64,000 nucleotides of DNA from an uncultured Bacteroidales bacterium (GTDB taxonomy: Bacteria > Bacteroidota > Bacteroidia > Bacteroidales > JAADJA01), in contig CAVVMO010000004.1 of the NCBI GenBank assembly GCA_963749345.1, forward strand, positions 135,187-199,186, read 5' to 3'. Of the stretch, positions 41,831-49,472 are shown in pieces. The notes under the pieces were generated by a model, which saw nothing but the letters and a program-made list of their open reading frames with translations, ran no database searches and had not been told where the DNA came from. A program made the position numbers and the translations under genes. Within the stretch, counting starts at the first letter, position 1. Every line of letters starts with the position of its first letter.

Positions 41831-42814
41831 TTATATTTTGCAGCTTTTGTAAACGGTTACAATATCGGTTTCCTGACTGGAAAAGTATTGAAGCGCTTTA
41901 TTAAGATTTTGGGTGAAGCCAAGTAAAAAACCTCCACCGCCCGAACCGCAAAGTTTAATAGTATATTCATTGCTATCAAATCCATGCTTCCACATTGGCT
42001 TGAAATCATCGGGTATCATGTCGGCAAAGTAAGTATACTGGAAACGGGAAAGGCTGGTTAATTCTTCGAAAAAGTCTTTCATTTCACCATTGATAAGGTG
42101 TCGGATGCAGGTATTATTCATCGGCAGGAACTGATTGATGATGGCCGATAAATATGGTGGTTGCTCACAACTTTCAAGGAACTTCTTCACCATAGGCTCG
42201 GTTTTTCCCGGTTTGCCAGTATTTACAAGGAAAATAGCTGAATTTGCTTCAAACTTGCTTCTGGGTATTGACACTGTTTGTATTTCTTTCTTCGAATGGA
42301 TCAACAATGGGAATTTGATGTAGGAATTCAAAGGATCAATACCTGAACTTGTGCCATGAAAATGGTTCTCCAGCAAAGACAGGCTTTCTTTAAGCTTGAG
42401 GATATTCTCTTTGCTGATGGACCGTGAGCTTTCAATTTTATCTCTGGAATAACGACTATAAACCGAAGCAACCAGCGCTCCTGAGCTTCCCAGCCCAAAA
42501 CCCTGGGGAATGGTAGACTCGAAAAACAATCCCTTTTCAATATCTTTCAGCAAAGCATCTACATCCAAATTCACCGTTAACTTATCACTGCGTTTTAAGC
42601 CATTCAGTTCTTCTGCAAAACTCCTTAACTGGTTATTGGAATTTACAGCAAAGTCGTAATCGGTGTATTTGTAACGATCGTTCTTATTACTAAAGCTAAG
42701 CTCGCCATGGTAATGGGTAAATGGGATGGTAAGAGCCATCGAATCGTAAATGATCCCATACTCACCAAAGAGAATAACCTTACCATAGAATATTTCGCTT
42801 TTTTTCTTTTCCAT
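41831..42814 (-). CDS. mvk: Mevalonate kinase
   Basis: GKVILFGEYGII, IPQGFGLGSSGALVA, HGTSSGIDP, KLCGSGGGG. Confidence 0.88.
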   Translation of the reverse strand: MEKKKSEIFYGKVILFGEYGIIYDSMALTIPFTHYHGELSFSNKNDRYKYTDYDFAVNSNNQLRSFAEELNGLKRSDKLTVNLDVDALLKDIEKGLFFESTIPQGFGLGSSGALVASVYSRYSRDKIESSRSISKENILKLKESLSLLENHFHGTSSGIDPLNSYIKFPLLIHSKKEIQTVSIPRSKFEANSAIFLVNTGKPGKTEPMVKKFLESCEQPPYLSAIINQFLPMNNTCIRHLINGEMKDFFEELTSLSRFQYTYFADMIPDDFKPMWKHGFDSNEYTIKLCGSGGGGFLLGFTQNLNKALQYFSSQETDIVTVYKSCKI

Positions 42815-42817
42815 GCA

Positions 42818-43927
42818 TTAAATCAATTTTATGGGACCACGACCTGCTTTATCATCGATCCAATGTTCATTCTCGCAAAACTGCAGTAGCTCCTTTTGGA
42901 TGAATTGAAAAATTTGCGTTTCCTGTTTCGCCAGATAAAGAAGGTGAACATTCGGGCCGGCATCGAGGGTAAAGGTAATAAAAACCTTATGTTCCTTTCT
43001 GTATTGCCTGATCTTATAAATAATTTTCCATGTATTTTCATTTAGTAAGGTAAATCCCTCCTCCGAGGCCATCATCATTGCATGAAGACTTAAAGCCTCA
43101 TTTTCAACGATTCCGATAAACATTTGTTCATCACCGGTTTTCAAAGCTTCTAAGAGATTCACAAGATTGTCTTTCGCCTGCATGAATCTAATAGCAGCAA
43201 AAGGGTGGTTTTCCATTAGCTGATGTCCTGCACTGGAACTCACTTTTTTCTTGCCTGTGCTGGTTATCAGGATGGCATCCTTTAAACTGTTAAACTTTGG
43301 AGAGAATTGCTGATTCAGCCTTATTGCGAGTTCATCCGAAGAACCAGGAATATTTTTATGTTTTCCCCACACGACGAAGCCATTAAAAACCGAGCGTGAT
43401 GCACTTCCTGAGCCAAGTCTTGAAAGGAAGGATGCTTTTTGAAAAAATGCTTTTTTATCTTTAGGCGTACCAAATAACTTCAGTTCCATTGAAACTAAAC
43501 AAAGCGCCAATGCGCTCATCGAAGAAGCAGATGAAGCAATACCAGATGAATGAGGAAACGAATTGCTGCTTTCAATCTTAAAATCAAAATAATTGATAAA
43601 TGGAAGAAATTCTGATACCGCAAGGAAAAAATCTTTGACTCTCGATCCAAAATCTGAATTGGGCTTTCCTTCAAATATAAAATCAATTTTCGAAGCCATC
43701 TTCCCTTTATTTCTCTTATACCGATATTTTAATCGGGTTTCGGTGAAGGATTTATCAAGGACAAAACTTAGGGAAGGATTTTGAGGCAACTGGTTCTGAC
43801 GTTTTCCCCAGTATTTGATCAGGGCTATATTCGATGGACTTCTCCAGGAAATTTCACCTTGCCTGTCGGACAATTTTACCTGACCAAGTTTCAGGGCATC
43901 TTTCTTGTATTTTTCCTCAAATTTCAA
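42818..43927 (-). CDS. mvaD: Diphosphomevalonate decarboxylase
   Basis: SPSNIALIKYWGK, FPHSSGIASSAS, RLGSGSASRS, FTLDAGPNVH; TTG start overlaps the upstream TGA. Confidence 0.92.
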   Translation of the reverse strand: MKFEEKYKKDALKLGQVKLSDRQGEISWRSPSNIALIKYWGKRQNQLPQNPSLSFVLDKSFTETRLKYRYKRNKGKMASKIDFIFEGKPNSDFGSRVKDFFLAVSEFLPFINYFDFKIESSNSFPHSSGIASSASSMSALALCLVSMELKLFGTPKDKKAFFQKASFLSRLGSGSASRSVFNGFVVWGKHKNIPGSSDELAIRLNQQFSPKFNSLKDAILITSTGKKKVSSSAGHQLMENHPFAAIRFMQAKDNLVNLLEALKTGDEQMFIGIVENEALSLHAMMMASEEGFTLLNENTWKIIYKIRQYRKEHKVFITFTLDAGPNVHLLYLAKQETQIFQFIQKELLQFCENEHWIDDKAGRGPIKLI

Positions 43928-44841
43928 TTTGTTTTTATTATTTCTTTAAAGGTAAAAATGGTATCAATATTCTTTGTGGCCAGGTATTTTTTAAGTTCCT
44001 TTAATGTATCATGCCAGGTTAACATTGCAAAGTCACCTCCCCATGCTCCCAATGATTTTATTTCACCCTGCAAATCAGAAAACCGCTCCTCTTTTATTCT
44101 TTTTCGATGAAGAAGACTTGATATGATCTCTTCATGCTCTTTTATACCCATTTCAAATTCATCAATGGATTTAGCGGATGCCATTCGAATAGATAATTCG
44201 GATACGTTTTCAATTTCTTTGGCAAATGAACTCTTTTCCTCGAGGAAGGTTTCTACACTTAAGGAAGAATCCTGCTTGCGGCCAAGGTAGATGAAATAAA
44301 CCTTATTAGCGAAAGCAGGAAAGAAGTCTGCCTTTTTTACTGTATAATCTTCATCTTTACGGGTAAAAAAAATCGGACCCTCTGCTTGTGCGCATACCAC
44401 ATCATAGCCTGAACCTTTCGAAAGGAGTTTATGCAACCGGAATGAATCCACTTCTGCCCACAAGGCAATATCAGATAATAACGATGAACTGCTTCCCAAT
44501 CCCCACGAAAGATTAAAATCAGATTTTACAATTACTTTTTTAAATTTTTGTCTTTTCAAAAATCCGGGGTTCAGTTGATCGGCTGCCATCAGCCATAGGA
44601 GCAAACGGTTTGCAACTTCACTGTTTGATGTTTCAATGATTTTTGTGAAGGTTGTGTCGAAAATAGCATTAAACCAGCATCTATCCAGTTCAAAGCTTTC
44701 CCATTTGAGGTATTCGTCACTGCTGTTTACTTCAATTTGCATCTCTTGTCCAAACCTAACCGGAGCAGCAAGTGCCATAGCTCCCTTGATAATAAGGTAT
44801 TCGCCTGTGATCAGCAATTTGCCATGTGAATAGTAATTCAT
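43924..44841 (-). CDS. GHMP kinase of the Bacteroidota GYDIA type; probable phosphomevalonate kinase
   Basis: SHGKLLITGEY, WGLGSSSS, GSGYDVVCA, IKSLGAWGGDF; located inside the mevalonate operon. Confidence 0.8.
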   Translation of the reverse strand: MNYYSHGKLLITGEYLIIKGAMALAAPVRFGQEMQIEVNSSDEYLKWESFELDRCWFNAIFDTTFTKIIETSNSEVANRLLLWLMAADQLNPGFLKRQKFKKVIVKSDFNLSWGLGSSSSLLSDIALWAEVDSFRLHKLLSKGSGYDVVCAQAEGPIFFTRKDEDYTVKKADFFPAFANKVYFIYLGRKQDSSLSVETFLEEKSSFAKEIENVSELSIRMASAKSIDEFEMGIKEHEEIISSLLHRKRIKEERFSDLQGEIKSLGAWGGDFAMLTWHDTLKELKKYLATKNIDTIFTFKEIIKTN

Positions 44842-46199
44842 TATTTGGATGCAAAAATGGCCTTATCGGACTTCACTTTCTCCCTGATATTTTTTAAGTA
44901 AGTTTCTACAGAATTGTAAGATACTTTTTCGTCTTCAAAAAATAATTTTGCCTGTTCCTTTTCTGTGTCAGTTGCTTCGAACTGGTTTAAAATATTAAGA
45001 AGGTGCATTTTCATGTGCCCCTTTTGGATTCCTTTGGTTACAAGGGACTTAATAGCGCCGAAATTATTTGCAAGGCCAACCGCTGCAGCAATCCGCATGA
45101 GTTCGGAGGCCCCGGGGTTACCCAGGAGTTCAAGAGATTTTTTGGCCAACGGATGAAGTGTCGTCAATCCTCCAACTGTGCCTAGTGCAAGCGGAATGGT
45201 GAGGGAATAGTTGAATATTCCATTTTCAATGCGAATATCAGTAAGGCCTTTATATTTCCCATCCCTTGCAGCCCAGGTATGACCGCAGGCTTCTATCGCC
45301 CGGAAGTCGTTTCCGGTGGCAAGTGCTACCGCATCAATGCCGTTAAAAATTCCTTTATTATGTGTGGCGGCTCTGTATGTATCAACTTTTGCTATCTGTA
45401 CGGCTTTTTCAAATTTCCAGGCAAATTGTTCACCTGTAAGGTTTGGATCGATATTGTCAAATTCGCTGACATTACATTCAATACTCGCCTTCACAAGACA
45501 ATCAGGTGTATAGTTTGAAAGAATGGCCATGATAACTTCACAATTGTGCTCTTCATTATCAAAATAGGGGCTTTCCTGGAAAAAAACCTTTAACTCGGAG
45601 GCAAACTCTTCGAGGCAGGTATTAATAAAATTAGCACCCATGCTATCCACCGTTTCGAATATAGCTTTTAGCTGGAAGTAATCCTGAATTTCATCAGTTT
45701 TATCAACCAGTTCAATATCTAGTATCCCGCCGCCACGATTTTGCATATTGGAAGTAATGTATTGTGTGCTTTCTAAAAGGCGATCTTTTAAGTCGGGCAT
45801 CAGGGTTTTCAATTTTTCAACATTTCCTTTCCAGATAAAATGAACCTGGCCAATTTTGGTAGTGGAAACAATTTCGGTTCGAAAGCCGCCCATGTTAGAC
45901 AAGAACTTGGCACTCTTAGCAGCCGCCGCTACCACTGAGCTCTCTTCGATTACCATGGGCACATGGTATACCTTCCCATCGATTAAAAAGTTGGGGGCAA
46001 TGCCGTAAGGAAAGTAAAAATTTGAAATCGTGTTTTCACTGAAATCGTCAAACAACTTTTGCCTGACGTCGTCAGAAATTAAAAAACTTTTCAGTTCTTT
46101 TACCGATTCTTCAGGATCTTCAAAATGGCCGGAAATGAAATTTAATTTTTGGTCTTTTGTCAATTTTGAAAATCCGCAAATAATTTGTTTTTCTTTCAC
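44841..46199 (-). CDS. mvaA: Class II HMG-CoA reductase
   Basis: FSENT, EESSVVAA, DSMGANFIN, RAATHNKGIFNG, GNDFRAIEA, GIQKGHMKMH; GTG start. Confidence 0.93.
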   Translation of the reverse strand: MKEKQIICGFSKLTKDQKLNFISGHFEDPEESVKELKSFLISDDVRQKLFDDFSENTISNFYFPYGIAPNFLIDGKVYHVPMVIEESSVVAAAAKSAKFLSNMGGFRTEIVSTTKIGQVHFIWKGNVEKLKTLMPDLKDRLLESTQYITSNMQNRGGGILDIELVDKTDEIQDYFQLKAIFETVDSMGANFINTCLEEFASELKVFFQESPYFDNEEHNCEVIMAILSNYTPDCLVKASIECNVSEFDNIDPNLTGEQFAWKFEKAVQIAKVDTYRAATHNKGIFNGIDAVALATGNDFRAIEACGHTWAARDGKYKGLTDIRIENGIFNYSLTIPLALGTVGGLTTLHPLAKKSLELLGNPGASELMRIAAAVGLANNFGAIKSLVTKGIQKGHMKMHLLNILNQFEATDTEKEQAKLFFEDEKVSYNSVETYLKNIREKVKSDKAIFASK

Positions 46200-46257
46200 A
46201 AAATTAATTTTTTGTTTTTTTATTTTATACCTAATGCGGGTTTCGAAATAGCGCCCG

Positions 46258-46474
46258 CAAAGATAAACTTTTCATACCAATACCGGTTATAACAAACATG
46301 ATTGAAATATGTTTAATTTTTAGGAAATAATATTAAACAATAATTTATTTCAATGCAAAAAAGGCTGGCGAAAAAGCAATAGGTTTCCTTTTTAATTCGG
46401 TATTGCCATTCTTAATTTATCCATCAATTGATGGATTGATAAGAAAGTGTATAAAAAATTATCTTTTATCTTTG
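46258..46474. promoter_or_regulatory. Divergent promoter pair for the mevalonate operon and the GGR-menG operon
   Basis: TATCTTTG on the minus strand at 46258-46265 and TATCTTTG on the plus strand at 46467-46474. Confidence 0.6.
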
Positions 46475-46492
46475 GAAACTCAAAAAACTTGC

Positions 46493-47728
46493 ATGAATAA
46501 TTCAGAGGTGTGTATTGTTGGTGCGGGACCAGCAGGTTCATTCGCTGCTATGTTTCTGGCTAAAAAAGGGATTCCATGCACACTTGTGGATAAAGCAACA
46601 TTTCCACGTGATAAAATATGCGGAGATGGAATCAGCGGGTGGGTACTGACTATTTTGAATGAACTCGATAAGGATTTATTACATCGGTTATCGCTTCAGC
46701 CTTTTATTATGCATTCATATGGTATTCGGATTATTGCGCCTAACTACAAACAGCTCGACCTGCCATTTTTTGATAACGAGTTATTTGGTAAAGACATGCC
46801 TCCCGGATTCACGGGTCGCAGGATCGATTTTGATAATTTCATGATCGATGAGATTCGAACTAAAAAAGAGATTAAATTTATTGAAGGCACTGAAATAACC
46901 AACTATTCACGGACTAAAAACGGAATCGAACTTACCACCGGTAAAGGAGAAAAAATTGAGTCACCAATGGTGATATTTTCCGATGGAGCTAATTCTAAAT
47001 TTGCCAAAGATCCCGGCAATATATTAAGAAATAAAAAGAATACCATGACCGGGATAAAGGCATATTATAAGGGCATTACAGGATTTCATGATAAAAGCTA
47101 TGTGGAGCTGCATTTCCTGAAAGACCTCCTTCCGGGATATTTCTGGATATTTCCTTTACCTGACGGTCTTGCAAACGTGGGTGTTGGTCTCGACCAGAAA
47201 AAGATCAGCCAAAGAAAGATAAACCTGAAAGATAAAATGCTGGAAATAATCGACACAGTTCCTTATTTACGAGATCGGTTTAAAAATGCCGAAATGATAT
47301 CTAAAATCCAGGCTTATACACTACCTCTGTGGGATGGGAAAAGAAAACTATCGGGTGACCATTATATGCTTGCCGGTGATGCAGCCAGCCTTATCGATCC
47401 GGTGACCGGCGAAGGTGTGGGACACGCTGCTATCAGCGGAATGTATGCGGCAGAACAGGTAAAACGTTCATTGGAAAAAAATGATTTTTCTGCTACTTTT
47501 ATGCATCAATATGATGACAGCATTTATCAGAGAATAGGGAAAGAACTCGACATCAGCCTTAAAATTCCCCGGTTTATCCAATATCCATGGCTTTTTAATA
47601 TAATGATTAATAAAGCATTGAAAAGTAAAACGCTTCAGAAAAAACTAAGCCTGGCTATGTCGGACCTGAAAGTGAGAAAACGGTTAAAAGAACCATCCTT
47701 ATACCTGAAAGTTTTATTAGGGAGGTAG
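46493..47728 (+). CDS. Geranylgeranyl reductase family flavoprotein
   Basis: IVGAGPAGS, FPRDKICGDG, GYFWIFP...ANVGVG, LAGDAASLIDPVTGEGVGHA. Start set at ATG 46493, downstream of the -7 box. Confidence 0.88.
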   Translation: MNNSEVCIVGAGPAGSFAAMFLAKKGIPCTLVDKATFPRDKICGDGISGWVLTILNELDKDLLHRLSLQPFIMHSYGIRIIAPNYKQLDLPFFDNELFGKDMPPGFTGRRIDFDNFMIDEIRTKKEIKFIEGTEITNYSRTKNGIELTTGKGEKIESPMVIFSDGANSKFAKDPGNILRNKKNTMTGIKAYYKGITGFHDKSYVELHFLKDLLPGYFWIFPLPDGLANVGVGLDQKKISQRKINLKDKMLEIIDTVPYLRDRFKNAEMISKIQAYTLPLWDGKRKLSGDHYMLAGDAASLIDPVTGEGVGHAAISGMYAAEQVKRSLEKNDFSATFMHQYDDSIYQRIGKELDISLKIPRFIQYPWLFNIMINKALKSKTLQKKLSLAMSDLKVRKRLKEPSLYLKVLLGR

Positions 47729-47731
47729 CAA

Positions 47732-48457
47732 ATGACAAAAAGGGAAGGAAAAAAACAGGAAGTAAGAGCGATGTTTAACAGCATCGCAAACCGTTACGAT
47801 TTTCTGAACCATTTTCTTTCGGCAGGAATTGATTATCCTGGAGGAAAAAAGCAATTAATCTTGTCGGCGCTCATCATCCCAAAATCATTCTGGATGTTGC
47901 AACAGGAACCGGGGATTTGGCAATAGCAGCTTCAGTTCTTAATCCATTTAAGAATTATCGGGGTAGATATTGCCGAAAATATGCTTGCCATTGGAAGAAA
48001 TAAAATAGCTGAAAAGAATCTGCAGGATCTTATCACTTTCGAAACTGGTGATTGCGAAAACCTGCACTTTAACGATGGAACCTTTGACGCTGTAATGGTT
48101 GCCTTTGGTGTCAGGAATTTTGAAAACCTCGAAAAGGGGCTGAGCGAAATGTTCAGAGTTTTGAATAATAAAGGAATTGCGGTGATTCTGGAGTTTTCAA
48201 AACCAACCCGATTCGGAATCAAACAACTTTACAGTTTCTATTTTAGGTACATCTTACCTTTTCTTGGCCGGAAAATATCTGGCAACTCATCGGCTTACAA
48301 TTATCTACCTGACTCAGTGGGTGAATTTCCGGCAGGTAGACAGTTTCTTCACATACTTGAAAAAGCAGGATTTCACCAGACCAGCTATACACAGTTAAGC
48401 TTTGGGATTGCATCAATTTACACAGGAATCAAAACACAAAATGATGGAACAAATTAA
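47732..48457 (+). pseudogene. menG: Demethylmenaquinone methyltransferase UbiE/MenG, split by two compensating frameshifts (probably sequencing errors)
   Basis: [24 protein letters not shown], then a shift at ~47837 into WRKKAINLV…[12 protein letters not shown], then a shift back at ~47948 into [11 protein letters not shown]…AFGVRNF…LEFSKP. Confidence 0.88.
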
Positions 48458-49187
48458 ATCAAATCCTACGACCCTTTCAAAGGAGGAGAATGTTAGACTG
48501 ATCATAGACTTTTTTCACCGATTGATGATGCACCATGCTATGTGGTTTGCCGAAGTACAGCATCAATTGGGAACAGAAAAAGCTTACGAATCATTGGAAA
48601 CAGCCTGGGCAAAAACCTCTGCTATTCAGATGAGCCGCCTGGCAAAAACCCTTGGATTTGAATTGGAAAACGGACTCCCAAAACCATTGCTTAGCCTTCC
48701 GGAAGAATCTCTTGAAAAACTTAGGGAAAGCATAGCTATCAGCTGGCTTGCCACCGACGGAGTATGGTTTCAGGCTGTGGAATTTAAACACGGGATGAAT
48801 GATGCCAAGCGCTGTAATGATTCATGCTGGGCTCATTTTTCACCCTTTGAAGCTCGTTCCATTAAAAGAATAATTGGACTGGAAGAAAAACCCGGATTGG
48901 AAGGTTTAAAAAAAGCTTTACAATACAGGTTGTATGCCTTTATCAATGAACAATCCTTTGCAGATGAAACCGAAATCAGCTTTGTATTCAGAATGAATAA
49001 ATGCCGGGTTCAGGATGCCAGGAAAAGAAAAGGACTTGCTGACTATCCTTGTAAATCAGGTGGTTTAGTTGAATACACAACTTTTGCCGAAACCATTGAT
49101 CCCAGGATCAAAACAGAATGCGTTTGTTGTCCGCCTGATTTGCATCCTGAGGAATATTTTTGTGCATGGAGGTTTTATATTGAATAA
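48441..49187 (+). CDS. DUF6125-family protein with a Cys-rich C-terminus
   Basis: WLATDGVWFQAVE, CRVQDARKRKGL..YPCK, IDPRIKTECVCCPPD.HP...CAWRF; overlaps the end of menG. Confidence 0.75.
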   Translation: MMEQIKSNPTTLSKEENVRLIIDFFHRLMMHHAMWFAEVQHQLGTEKAYESLETAWAKTSAIQMSRLAKTLGFELENGLPKPLLSLPEESLEKLRESIAISWLATDGVWFQAVEFKHGMNDAKRCNDSCWAHFSPFEARSIKRIIGLEEKPGLEGLKKALQYRLYAFINEQSFADETEISFVFRMNKCRVQDARKRKGLADYPCKSGGLVEYTTFAETIDPRIKTECVCCPPDLHPEEYFCAWRFYIE

Positions 49188-49472
49188 ATTGTTTGATTTC
49201 CAACTAATTAATACCAGCCCCAGAAAAATATTATTTTTTAATTTCCGAAAATTTTCATTCTAAATTCCTGATTCAAATCTTTAAGGCAACCCATACAAAT
49301 TAGGATAATTCATTCGGGATTACTCATTGAAATTGAGCGTTCTCTCCTTTTTAATCAGAGAAAATATACTGATGAAAAATTCTTAAAAAGAGTTGGTTAT
49401 ATCAAATTAAAAGATTTATATATTTGTTGGGTTATAAGAGATGTTGTATTACTAATCTAAAAAAATGATGCT

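Noticed and set aside
46493-47728. Archaeal-type ether lipid synthesis (mevalonate plus GGR)
   Set aside because: No GGGP synthase, DGGGP synthase or G1P dehydrogenase is in the window; linkage to menG favours a quinone role.
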